This document shows, in pieces, positions 1 to 9,104 of a DNA stretch of 58,943 nt. Source of the stretch: an uncultured Rikenellaceae bacterium (GTDB taxonomy: Bacteria > Bacteroidota > Bacteroidia > Bacteroidales > VadinHA17); NCBI GenBank assembly GCA_964612275.1, contig CAZTES010000002.1:1-58943 (forward strand). The letters are read 5' to 3'. Positions within the stretch are counted from its first letter, which is position 1; every line of letters starts with the position of its first letter. The notes beneath the pieces are model-generated. The model saw only the letters and a list, made by a program, of their open reading frames with translations. It was not told the origin of the DNA and did not search any database. The translations under genes and the position numbers were made by a program.

Positions 1-972
1 CTGATCAGCAAGCAATACATCAAAATAGTCCCCGGTCTGTGTGGCTACGGCAGCTTGACCTGTAAGTGCTGTTGCCGCTGTGTAATAGGAAGTTTGTGCA
101 ACTGAAAGTGTCATGGCATCAATTGCGGCCTGTGGATACCCCAGGCTCAACAATCCCCCTTCTAATGCAGCCCGGGTTGGTACATCAATAACAAATCCAT
201 CCTCAGCTTGTTGAAACGTCAATGGTCCTGCACCACCATCGATTAATGGTTGCATTCCATCACCGGCGCCTGATGCAGTGGTTGCACCTGCAGTTGCCAT
301 GGCCGCGAGACCATACATGAAATTGTCCGGAGCAACAGGATCAATCCCGATGCCGGATACCATAATTGATTCCAGGGCTCCCTGATAGGTATTCTTGGCA
401 ATGATATACCTTGCTCCCCCATAGATGGAGATCATGTCGTTTATCGCATAGGTGAGACCAGCCTGAATGCCATAGTAAACCGAAGTTCCTGAGAAATTTG
501 TCTGCAGGCTGTAATCTTCAATTCCATAGGTACTCAGGGAGGGTACCAGGTCGGATGCCGGCATTTCGAAGGATGGAAGACCACTTTTAAAATCAGCACT
601 ACCACCACCCCCTACCGGGTTGAAACCGGCTGAGATAACGAATTTCCCGATTTTGAATGCAGCATAAACACCCGGGAAAATCGGGGCTTTTACTTCGCCT
701 TCAAAGTCTTTTGGAGTACCATCCAGATACATATAATCGGTTGTGACCGTCTTACCCTGTGTGATGTACTGGTTATTCAGGGAAATATGAAAACCATCCG
801 ATAATTTGGATAATCCTGCCGGATTGTAATAGACAGCATCAATGTCGGTCGATGCATTCCTGATCAGCATCCTGACCCATGAAGCACTCTGGTTTGTATT
901 GGTCATGATGCCTCCAAAAACCATCTGGCATCCCAATACAACAGAGAACAAACTCAATGTGATCTTTCGCAT
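1..972 (-). CDS. Outer-membrane beta-barrel transport protein, FadL/TodX-like (N-terminal 324 codons; gene runs off left edge)
   Basis: Own minus-strand translation from ATG at 972-970: MRKITLSLFSVVLGCQMVFGG...NQSASWVRMLIRNASTDIDAVYYNPAGL...FNPVGGGGSADF...GGARYIIAKNTY. Signal peptide followed by Gly/Tyr-rich beta-strand-like sequence. Segments checked are stop-free and in frame to position 1. Absent from the ORF track because no stop lies in the window. Confidence 0.55.
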   Translation of the reverse strand, partial: MRKITLSLFSVVLGCQMVFGGIMTNTNQSASWVRMLIRNASTDIDAVYYNPAGLSKLSDGFHISLNNQYITQGKTVTTDYMYLDGTPKDFEGEVKAPIFPGVYAAFKIGKFVISAGFNPVGGGGSADFKSGLPSFEMPASDLVPSLSTYGIEDYSLQTNFSGTSVYYGIQAGLTYAINDMISIYGGARYIIAKNTYQGALESIMVSGIGIDPVAPDNFMYGLAAMATAGATTASGAGDGMQPLIDGGAGPLTFQQAEDGFVIDVPTRAALEGGLLSLGYPQAAIDAMTLSVAQTSYYTAATALTGQAAVATQTGDYFDVLLADQ

Positions 973-1117
973 AACTTTAGATTTTTAGGATTACAGGCTT
1001 AAATATAGATATAATATATAATATCGCTTCCGATCGCCGAATAATTTTAATTTATACTTAATTAAAATTGGGTGATCAATCATTTCTTTCTACTTTTGGG
1101 TAAACCGAACAATCGAT

Positions 1118-1609
1118 ATGAACGGACCGGCTGAACTCTATGAGATATTGAATAACCTGAAGATCCGTTACGATTATTATGAGCACCCCCCGGTACATTC
1201 CGTAAAAGAGGCGATTCCGTTCTGGGAAAAGATCCGGGGGACCCGGTGTAAGAACATCTTTTTCAGGAACCACAAGGGGAACAGGCATTACCTGGTGATT
1301 CTCGAGCACAAGCAGGATCTCAATATCCGGGATCTCGAGCAGCGGTTCAAGCAGGGGAAACTGACTTTTGCTTCGGAGAAGAGGCTGGCTAAATACCTGG
1401 GCCTAAAACCGGGTTCCGTTACCCCGTTCGGGCTGATCAATGACCGGGGAAATCATGTCCATCTTTTCATTGATCAGAACCTCAGGAATGCCGAAAGAGT
1501 TGGATTTCATCCCAATGTCAATACGGCAACACTGGTCATCTCAATGAAGGATTTTATCCGTTTTCTCGACTGGTCGGGGAGCGGGTATGAGTTTTTGGAG
1601 TTGTACTAG
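1118..1609 (+). CDS. YbaK/ProX-type aminoacyl-tRNA editing (deacylase) domain protein
   Basis: 163 aa, ATG at 1118. Size and sequence (KNIFFRNHKGNRHYLVIL..., GSVTPFGL) fit prolyl-tRNA-synthetase-associated editing domain proteins. Confidence 0.7.
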   Translation: MNGPAELYEILNNLKIRYDYYEHPPVHSVKEAIPFWEKIRGTRCKNIFFRNHKGNRHYLVILEHKQDLNIRDLEQRFKQGKLTFASEKRLAKYLGLKPGSVTPFGLINDRGNHVHLFIDQNLRNAERVGFHPNVNTATLVISMKDFIRFLDWSGSGYEFLELY

Positions 1610-1890
1610 AAAAAAGAGGCCAAGGCTAAGTAAAATAATCTCAAAAATATAGAATACAGTTTTTCACTTGTATATTATGGGTTATGGAGTGGTTCCCTGC
1701 TAATGCGATTGTGGTTGGCCGACTTTTTTACACATCACAATAGAAAGATTTTCTCTTTTACATTTCTTGAAGAATAATAGCAATCCTTAAAATAAGTTTT
1801 CCAACGCTCTTTTATCTCAGCCTTAGCCTCTGCCTTCTTCGTCCACCGCAGCCGACGATCGGAGGCATAGGTGGAAGTCTTTTCCTTAAT

Positions 1891-3393
1891 CTACCCAATC
1901 GTTTTCCCGGTAATTTTCCGGTTCAGTCCGATGAATATTCCAATCACCACAAACCATTGAACGAGGCAGGTCATCAGGCTGAAGGGTCTCAGGGGGTTAT
2001 ACCATTGTCCGGTTTCTCCTTCAGTTAACGATCCGAAGAGCCACCATAACAATAAAAAGGCAGCTGCAACCGGAATGAATATCCGGATGGTTGCACTCCA
2101 GAATTTCCCGACAGACCAGTCGTTACTCGTCGCATTGATTTCCTGTATCACCCCTTTCACGCCCTGTCTTACAACTGCAATGGCAATAAAAGCTCCGGAG
2201 ATCATGAGTGCTCCGCTCCAGACGAAATCCTGGTTGCTCAGTATATTCAGGTTTCTTGCGGAGGGTATCCCAAGGAGGTAAACAAAAGCAACCACCAAAC
2301 CGATTGCCCGGGGCCGTCTCATTCCTGTATCCACCATCACCCGGGTGGGCAGCTCCAGCTGTGCAATCAACGAGGAAAATCCCGCAAAGGTAAGACCGAG
2401 AAAGAATAATACTGCCAATGGATTACCCAGCATCATCCGGGCGAAGAGTTGAGGCATCCAGATAAATGTTAATCCTGTTGAAGCAGGACCGCTGGTTTTC
2501 ATGATTTCCAGTACCTGCGGATCCGACATTCCCATTTCGGTCCGTAACACGGCGAATACCGTTCCAAAAATCATGATCCCGGCAAGAAGCGATACCGTAT
2601 TGTTCCCAATGCCGGTGGTGAAGGCATTCTTCACCGTTCCATGTTCCACCTTCATGTACGCTGCATAGGTTAGAAACAGTCCCCATCCTGCCCCGGTATC
2701 AAAGGCATTTTGTGTCAGTGCTGAAATCCAGGTTTGCGGATCTTTTAACTGGCTCCATTCGGGCCTGAACAAGTAGGCTATACCATCCCAGGCTCCGGGC
2801 AGGGTGAGTGCCCGGATAACGGATAACAAAACAATGACCAGCAAAGCAGGAATCAGGATCTTATTCACCCGTTCGATGGATTTTATTCCTTTCCAGATTG
2901 CCAGTGCTCCAAATCCGATGGCCAGTATATGAAACAAAAAGGGCCAGGCACTTTGCTGATAACTATTCCATGTCGACCAGGCAGCTTCTGTAGTCAGGGG
3001 AAGCGGGTGGATCAGTGTATGCACAAAATAGTAAATACACCATCCGACAACAATCGTATAAAAGAAGGTGATGGCTGTGGAAACAAACGCCACAAACGTT
3101 CCCATCCAGGCAAATTTCCGGCCAACACTTTTAATAAAAATGCCCACCACACCGGAACGGTGTCGTTTTCCCAGAGTATACTCAGCAATGATCAGGGGAA
3201 TGCTCCAGAGGAAAAGGAAAATCAACCAGGCGATCAGGAATGCACCGGCTCCATGGTCTCCTCCTGACTGGGCAGCTATCCGTGGAAACCTCCATATGTT
3301 CCCTGTACCTACAGCAATCCCCATAGCACTCAAAATTAATCCCCACCGGGAAGAGAATCGCTGGTTTACACTTGAATCGATCGGTTTGGCCAT
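1891..3393 (-). CDS. Sodium-dependent transporter, neurotransmitter:sodium symporter (NSS/SNF) family
   Basis: 500 aa, multi-TM, N-terminal NSS signature RWGLILSAMGIAVGTGNIWRFP. Confidence 0.85.
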   Translation of the reverse strand: MAKPIDSSVNQRFSSRWGLILSAMGIAVGTGNIWRFPRIAAQSGGDHGAGAFLIAWLIFLFLWSIPLIIAEYTLGKRHRSGVVGIFIKSVGRKFAWMGTFVAFVSTAITFFYTIVVGWCIYYFVHTLIHPLPLTTEAAWSTWNSYQQSAWPFLFHILAIGFGALAIWKGIKSIERVNKILIPALLVIVLLSVIRALTLPGAWDGIAYLFRPEWSQLKDPQTWISALTQNAFDTGAGWGLFLTYAAYMKVEHGTVKNAFTTGIGNNTVSLLAGIMIFGTVFAVLRTEMGMSDPQVLEIMKTSGPASTGLTFIWMPQLFARMMLGNPLAVLFFLGLTFAGFSSLIAQLELPTRVMVDTGMRRPRAIGLVVAFVYLLGIPSARNLNILSNQDFVWSGALMISGAFIAIAVVRQGVKGVIQEINATSNDWSVGKFWSATIRIFIPVAAAFLLLWWLFGSLTEGETGQWYNPLRPFSLMTCLVQWFVVIGIFIGLNRKITGKTIG

Positions 3394-3495
3394 GAGGGAA
3401 CGGTAAATTAGTTGGTTAGGAAATTATCGTATTACAAGTATAGCATATTTTGTGAGAATTGAACAGGAGTTTCATCCTGTTAATGAACACGGATA

Positions 3496-3531
3496 GGTTA
3501 TAAGTTAATAAGTTATAGGTTGATAAGTTGG
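3496..3531. repeat. AT-rich word repeat (gttataagttaa / aagttg words)
   Basis: ggttataagttaataagttataggttgataagttgg. The reverse complement of 14304-14336 reads cagagttataagttaacaagttggtaagttgataag. Confidence 0.7.
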
Positions 3532-3750
3532 ATATTGTTGAACCTTGAATGTTGGGTGTTGTGCAGAAAGCCCGTCTGCCTTGTAATACTTCACAATTTC
3601 GGTAACAAAATCAAATAATCATATGAAGGTAGATTATTTAGCAGGTCCTTCTTCCCAATTATTTCTCAAGCATCAAAATTTACCCCGGATGGGGTAAAAC
3701 TTTGAATAGCCACCGGTGGTAACCGGTGGTTAATATGTACGAGGAGATAA

Positions 3751-3813
3751 CAACCCTACAGGGGTTGAATTCTTCTATTTAAAGTGTTAATATTCAACCC
3801 TATTCAGGGTTGA
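3751..3813. repeat. Alternating-orientation GGGTTGA/TCAACCC repeats (two hairpins with alternative central pairing)
   Basis: caaccctacaggggttg lies at 3751-3767 and tcaaccctattcagggttga at 3794-3813. gggttgaat (3762-3770) can also pair with attcaaccc (3792-3800). Confidence 0.7.
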
Positions 3814-3834
3814 GTTATTTTCTTATCTTAAATA

Positions 3835-3944
3835 CCCGGCACTACGCCCTGACTGAATCCTGCCTTCGGCAGGTAAACGTCAGGGCTTGTACCGGGTTAC
3901 TCATAATTGAATCCCTGCTTGCCAGCAGGCAAGCCTTTGGGATT
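3835..3944. repeat. Structured repeat module, long copy (three nested stems plus second hairpin with inserted helix)
   Basis: The first element is cccggcac / ccctgac / cctgcc ttc ggcagg / gtcaggg / gtaccggg (3835-3896). It is followed by ttactcataattgaatccc [tgcttgccagcaggcaagcc] tttgggatt. The ends and linker match 37017-37085. Confidence 0.75.
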
Positions 3945-4151
3945 CTTTTATCATTTGCTTCGAAATATTCACAAAAAAATATCAAATGGAATAGCCAAAT
4001 AGGAATTTTAATGTGAAATAAAAATCTGTTACCTGAATTCTGAAGTTATACACGGCAGTCAGGCATCCCTTCGGGATAAGTGGGTACACCTTTTTTTTTG
4101 TAAAACAGGCAATTGGTGTTAATTTTACATGTAACAATAAAATTGAATATC

Positions 4152-6500
4152 ATGACCAGATTAATCTTAGTATTTTTTATTATCGGATTAATTATGTCTG
4201 GCTGTCAATCGCCTTCAGATCATCGTGTTACCACAAGTGGTCCGGAGGTCGTCACCTTCCGTGCCCTGCCTTTTGAACTCGCGGATGTCCGGTTGGGTGA
4301 AGGGCCGTTCAAGCATGCTACCGAACTGAATGTCCAATCACTGCTGAATTATGAACCGGACCGGCTGCTGGCAAAATTCCGTTCGGAAGCCAGGTTGGAG
4401 CCAAAAGCCGAACACTACCATGGATGGGAAGACAACACCATTGCCGGGCATAGCCTGGGGCACTACCTGAGTGCCTGTGCCCTGATGTATCAAACCACCG
4501 GTGATCAGCGTTTCCTTGACCGGGTCAATTATATTGTTGATGAGCTGGCTATTTGCCAGGAAGCCGATGGGGATGGATATATCGGTGCCTTCCCCGATGG
4601 CAAGCGGATCCTGGAAGAGGAGGTGGCAAAAGGAGATATCCGTTCCCAGGGATTTGATCTGAATGGCATCTGGGTTCCCTATTACACCCAGCATAAAGTG
4701 ATGGGTGGGTTGCGTGACGCCTACCATCTATGCGGCAATGAAAAAGCCCTTGAGATTGCCGTAACATTTGCCGACTGGTTGGAAACCATCGTTACCGGTC
4801 TGAATGATGAGCAGGTCCAGGAAATGCTTCATTGCGAGCACGGAGGGATCAACGAAGTGCTGGCTGAACTGTATGGTGATACCGGGAACGAGAAGTACCT
4901 TGAAATGTCCAGGATATTTCATCATAAGGCGATCCTGGATCCGCTGGCTGAAAAAAAGGACATCTTTCCCGGGAAACATGGAAATACACAGATCCCAAAA
5001 TTGATCGGTGTAGCCCGGCGTTATGAGTTAACCGGCGACCAGAAAGACCGGGCTATTGCAGAATTTGCCTGGGACCGGATCGTGAACCACCATTCCTATG
5101 TGACCGGCGGGCACGGCAACCATGAATACTTCGGTCCTCCGGATACCCTGCGTAACCGGTTAAGCAGTGGTACCACTGAATCCTGTAACGTCTACAACAT
5201 GCTGAAACTGACCCGTCACCTGTTTCAATGGGAAGCTTCAGCCGATGGGGCTGACTATTACGAACGGGCTCTCTTCAACCACATCCTCTCCTCTCAGCAC
5301 CCGGAGGATGGCCGGGTCATTTACGACCTGTCACTTGAAATGGGAGGACATAAATCCTACCAGGATCCATACTGGTTTACCTGCTGTGTGGGAACCGGTA
5401 TGGAAAGCCACTCCAAGTACGGACGAAATATTTTCTTCCACAACGATGAGGAGTTGTTCATCAGTCAGTTCATTGCTGCAGAGCTGGATTGGAAGGAGAA
5501 GAATATGAAAGTGCGGCAGGTAACACAATACCCCGAAGAACAGGGTACAACCCTTGAATTTGAATGCGAACAGCCTACCCGGTTTACCCTGCAGGTTCGT
5601 TTCCCTTACTGGGCAGAAAATGGAATGGAGATCCTTGTAAACGGCAGGAAACTGAAGATTAACCGGTCACCTGCCGGTTTCGTCCCCATCACCCGAAAAT
5701 GGGAAACGGGCGACCGGGTGGAAATTTCTATCCCTTTTACCTTACGGCTTGAGGCAATGCCGGATGATTCCAGCCGTGTGGCGATTATGTACGGACCCAT
5801 GGTCATGGCAGGTGATCTGGGGTCTGAAGATGATCCGGATGCCTCCGATCCCATGTATGTCCCCGTCCTGATGACAGAAAACCGGGATCCCTCCGGATGG
5901 CTCGAACCCATTCCCGACCAGGTGAACACCTTCATGACATCCGGGGTAGGACAACCGAGGGATGTTCCCGTAAAACCATTCTTTGCCACCCATGAACGCC
6001 GCTACACGGTTTACTGGGATATGTTCACCGAGGAACGGTGGAAAGAATTCCAAGCTGAATACCGGGCACAACTGGAGGAGAAAAAAAGAATCGAGGAGAT
6101 GACCTGGGATTTTGTTCAACCCGGAGAGATGCAACCCGAACGGGATCATAATTTTCAGGGGGAACAAACCAATCCCGGAGAATTCAAAAACAGGCGGTAC
6201 CGTGAAAGCCGCAACGGTTGGTTCTCCTATGACCTGAAGGTGATGATGGGGCAACCCATGGCAGTGGCAGTGGAATACTGGGGCGGTTTCCCGGGATCGA
6301 GAACCTTTGATATCCTTGCCGGTGAACAGGTCATCGCAACGGAAAACATATCCAACATAAAGGATGGACAGTTTATAAACATCACCTATGATATCCCTGA
6401 AGAGATAACCTATAGCAAACGAAAGGTTACCATAACGTTCAAAGCCCATGAGGGGCACAGGGCAGGACCGGTGTTTGGGGTGCGTACGGTGAAACGATAA
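4152..6500 (+). CDS. Glycoside hydrolase family 127 (beta-L-arabinofuranosidase-like, DUF1680), lipoprotein
   Basis: The track ORF starts at TTG 4113. ATG 4152 gives the lipoprotein signal MTRLILVFFIIGLIMSGC. GH127-type motifs are HSLGHYLSACALMY, TESCNVYNML and FTCCVGTGMESH (Cys cluster as in HypBA1). Confidence 0.85.
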   Translation: MTRLILVFFIIGLIMSGCQSPSDHRVTTSGPEVVTFRALPFELADVRLGEGPFKHATELNVQSLLNYEPDRLLAKFRSEARLEPKAEHYHGWEDNTIAGHSLGHYLSACALMYQTTGDQRFLDRVNYIVDELAICQEADGDGYIGAFPDGKRILEEEVAKGDIRSQGFDLNGIWVPYYTQHKVMGGLRDAYHLCGNEKALEIAVTFADWLETIVTGLNDEQVQEMLHCEHGGINEVLAELYGDTGNEKYLEMSRIFHHKAILDPLAEKKDIFPGKHGNTQIPKLIGVARRYELTGDQKDRAIAEFAWDRIVNHHSYVTGGHGNHEYFGPPDTLRNRLSSGTTESCNVYNMLKLTRHLFQWEASADGADYYERALFNHILSSQHPEDGRVIYDLSLEMGGHKSYQDPYWFTCCVGTGMESHSKYGRNIFFHNDEELFISQFIAAELDWKEKNMKVRQVTQYPEEQGTTLEFECEQPTRFTLQVRFPYWAENGMEILVNGRKLKINRSPAGFVPITRKWETGDRVEISIPFTLRLEAMPDDSSRVAIMYGPMVMAGDLGSEDDPDASDPMYVPVLMTENRDPSGWLEPIPDQVNTFMTSGVGQPRDVPVKPFFATHERRYTVYWDMFTEERWKEFQAEYRAQLEEKKRIEEMTWDFVQPGEMQPERDHNFQGEQTNPGEFKNRRYRESRNGWFSYDLKVMMGQPMAVAVEYWGGFPGSRTFDILAGEQVIATENISNIKDGQFINITYDIPEEITYSKRKVTITFKAHEGHRAGPVFGVRTVKR

Positions 6501-6514
6501 CAACGTTCAACAGC

Positions 6515-6569
6515 CGCCGTAGTCTTCTTCGGCAGCCGAAACCTTGGTAAAGGCTGCGACGTAGGCGGA
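6515..6569. terminator. Candidate bidirectional terminator / structured repeat between convergent genes
   Basis: Nested hairpin: outer ccgcc (6515-6519) / ggcgg (6565-6569), inner gcagcc (6533-6538) / ggctgc (6553-6558). T-runs follow at about 6594-6610. It lies between the GH127 stop (6500) and the S9 peptidase stop (6624). Confidence 0.35.
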
Positions 6570-6623
6570 TCAACGTATAACCTATAACCAATACTTTTTA
6601 CTTTTTCCTTGTTTTTATACACT

Positions 6624-8936
6624 CTACCAGTCAATATCCCAGAGAGGTTCTGCCCCCAGCAGGTGTTCGATGAAGTAGTTCCAGCGTTTCTTCATGAAGT
6701 ATTTCCGGTACTCCCCGCCATAGCCATGCCGCTGGCTGGGAATGATCAGGAGGTCAAATTCCTTATTGGCTTTAATCAGTGCTTCTGCCAGCTTGAAGGT
6801 TGCGGAAGGATTGACGTTGTCATCCAGACCGCCATGAACGAGCAGCAATTTCCCTTTCAGGTTCGGAGCCATGGTGATGTTGGACTGGTTGTGGTAAGCT
6901 GAATCTACAGGCCAGCCCATATACATCTCGGGCCACCAGGCTTTTTCCATACGGTGATCGTGATCACCTGAACTGGCAACGGCTAACTTGTAAAAATCGG
7001 GGAATTGCAATACGGAATGTCCAGCATCATATCCTCCGGCAGAATGGCCAAAGATCCCCACCCTGCTGGTATCGATCCAGGAATACCTTTCACCCAGCTG
7101 CCTGATCGCCAGTACATGATCGGTCAGGCTATACCCCATATGCTTATAGGAAACATCATGAAATGCCTTGGATCTGCCTGCAGATCCCAATCCATCCACC
7201 ATGATCACAACAAAGCCGAATTCAGCAAGAGTTTGATTCTCAATGCTTACTACCCTTCGAAAGTCTTTAGGGAACATCTGGGTATGTGGCCCGGTATAGC
7301 TATTATCGATGACCGGATATTTTTTTGAAGGGTCAAAATGGGTTGGTTTCCACAGTGCACCATAAATTATCGTCTTCCCATCACGCGCAATGGCTTCGAA
7401 GGTTTCCGGGGGTGACCAGCCTGTACTTACAAGCGCATCGACATCCGCTTCAGCAATCGTTAAAACCAGCTCACCCGAACCGGCTTTACATAACACAGTC
7501 CGGGTTGGCTTCTGTGCGGTTGAGCAATTGTCAACAAAGAATGCACCATCCAGCGAAAAACTAACCTGATGGTGAGCATCTTCAGGGGTAATTAACCGAA
7601 GGTTCTTGCCATTGAATGATATTTTGTACAAATGCTGGTGGTAGGGATTTCGTCCAGGTTTCCTGCCGGAAGCTATGAAGTAAACCACACCCTCCTTTTC
7701 ATCAATATGCTCTACACCGGCGATAAAAAACTCCCCCTTAGTCAGGGGTGCAATTTCCCCTCTATTCAGATCATACCGGTACAGTTGACTCCACCCGCTT
7801 CGCTCCGACGCAAATAGGATCAAATCGTTGTCCTCTGCCAGCCAGTAGCTGAAGTTATCGATGTTGGTGGTTGATGTTTCGGTTATCAGACTTTTGATTT
7901 TTCGTTGCGGAAGATCGATGATGGATAATTCCAGTTTCTGATATCCCCGTTTCGGATCCAGCATGTACACCATCCCGGGTGCATCAGACCATTTGAATTC
8001 AACCATATTGATGTGTGTATTCCGTGGAAGGTCAAGTGGAATTTGCTCCTTTTTCTCCACATCAAAGAAGACGGGTATCATATATACCATGGTCGTATCG
8101 CCGGGAGAACCGCGGTAGTAACCCAATAATTTCGGCCGGTAAAGGGAATCGATGCTCCAGTCCAGCAGGTACATTTTTTCGGCATACCGAAGGTCACAGA
8201 TATATGCCTGGATGAACCTTGAATCATCCGACCAGTTCACGGCAAAATGTTCAGGACGGTCTCCTTTCTCTCCTTCCATCATATCGTACCATCCATAATA
8301 GCTGGCATATTCGTAGTTTTTTTCACCATCGTAACTAAACTGAAATGTATCCCCTGTTTCAACAGACCGGATGTGCAGATTATAATCTTTGGAATAGGCA
8401 ATCCATTTCCCATCCGGTGATCTGGATTCGTTCGGTTTCAGCTCCTCTTTTTCCCTGTATTGTTGGATCCGATAAGTCGTTAAATCGAGATCCCAGGTTT
8501 GCCTTTCCACCCTGAACCGCAGCAGATCTTTGTTGATGTATTCAATCCTGTCGAAAGGGAGTGAATCGGGGTGCACTTGCCTCTCCAGTGAATCTGTCAG
8601 AATATCTGCCACTTTTTTATGATCAAACAGCGGGGTGATTTTCTTCTGAGCAAATTCAATCTTCCGGAATGTTTTACGTCCCGGTTGATGCATCAGATAC
8701 CACATTCCGGTACTATCGGGGAAATAATGCGGTGAAACAAATAGATTAAAGACTTTTTTGTTGTTCACGTTCTCCCAGAGGAAGCTAAGGGCTCGTTCAT
8801 AATCCTTTTCTGAAAGGCGCTCCTGTGCCCATGCTATGGGAATAACAAAAAGGAAACCGAACAGGAGCAAGATTCTTAAAATTGGTGGACTTCCTTTTTC
8901 CCAGATGCATTTGGGTGTACAATTAATTTTTTTCAT
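6624..8936 (-). CDS. S9 family serine peptidase, dipeptidyl-peptidase IV-like (beta-propeller + alpha/beta hydrolase)
   Basis: The first track codon is TTG (8945); ATG at 8936 gives MKKIN... with a signal peptide ending AWAQE. Nucleophile motif GHSAGGY, then GGLDDNV and a C-terminal RHGY, consistent with a Ser-Asp-His triad. Confidence 0.8.
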   Translation of the reverse strand: MKKINCTPKCIWEKGSPPILRILLLFGFLFVIPIAWAQERLSEKDYERALSFLWENVNNKKVFNLFVSPHYFPDSTGMWYLMHQPGRKTFRKIEFAQKKITPLFDHKKVADILTDSLERQVHPDSLPFDRIEYINKDLLRFRVERQTWDLDLTTYRIQQYREKEELKPNESRSPDGKWIAYSKDYNLHIRSVETGDTFQFSYDGEKNYEYASYYGWYDMMEGEKGDRPEHFAVNWSDDSRFIQAYICDLRYAEKMYLLDWSIDSLYRPKLLGYYRGSPGDTTMVYMIPVFFDVEKKEQIPLDLPRNTHINMVEFKWSDAPGMVYMLDPKRGYQKLELSIIDLPQRKIKSLITETSTTNIDNFSYWLAEDNDLILFASERSGWSQLYRYDLNRGEIAPLTKGEFFIAGVEHIDEKEGVVYFIASGRKPGRNPYHQHLYKISFNGKNLRLITPEDAHHQVSFSLDGAFFVDNCSTAQKPTRTVLCKAGSGELVLTIAEADVDALVSTGWSPPETFEAIARDGKTIIYGALWKPTHFDPSKKYPVIDNSYTGPHTQMFPKDFRRVVSIENQTLAEFGFVVIMVDGLGSAGRSKAFHDVSYKHMGYSLTDHVLAIRQLGERYSWIDTSRVGIFGHSAGGYDAGHSVLQFPDFYKLAVASSGDHDHRMEKAWWPEMYMGWPVDSAYHNQSNITMAPNLKGKLLLVHGGLDDNVNPSATFKLAEALIKANKEFDLLIIPSQRHGYGGEYRKYFMKKRWNYFIEHLLGAEPLWDIDW

Positions 8937-8986
8937 TTGGATCAATGCTTTTATTGAAAAATAGTATCCTTATTATTCCTCCCCCT

Positions 8987-9035
8987 AATCCGGATTCACC
9001 AGTGGCGAATCCGGATTTTCCCCCTCAAGAGGGGG
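8987..9035. repeat. Two adjacent hairpins (11-bp stem aatccggattc/gaatccggatt; ccccct caag aggggg)
   Basis: aatccggattc 8987-8997 pairs with gaatccggatt 9007-9017. ccccctcaagaggggg occupies 9020-9035. Located between the BNR gene stop and the S9 peptidase start. Confidence 0.7.
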
Positions 9036-9104
9036 ATATGATTTCATCTTTCCAGATCAGATATTTAGACCAATGTAGCTCCAGTTGGCGGAGCGATTGG
9101 ATTA

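Noticed and set aside
1735-1890. 51 sense codons in frame immediately after the TAG stop of the NSS transporter (IKEKTSTYASDRRLRWTKKAEAKAEIKERWKTYFKDCYYSSRNVKEKIFLL)
   Set aside because: An open stretch of this length after a stop is not statistically unusual, I recognise no homology, and there is no read-through context. The imperfect inverted repeat agaggccaaggctaag (1614-1630) / cagccttagcctct (1822-1836) spans the same gap, which suggests repeat DNA.
3810-4016. 68-aa ORF upstream of GH127. Likewise 36776-36988, 36926-37303, 8945-9163 and 14320-14511.
   Set aside because: Each overlaps the GC-rich hairpin modules described as repeats and has no coding signature.
5742-6503. 253-aa minus-strand ORF inside the first GH127 gene. 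Similar antisense ORFs occur at 53983-54549, 54697-55116, 56082-56915 and 57837-58364.
   Set aside because: All lie antisense to genes with strong family motifs and show no motifs of their own. This is typical shadow-frame behaviour.
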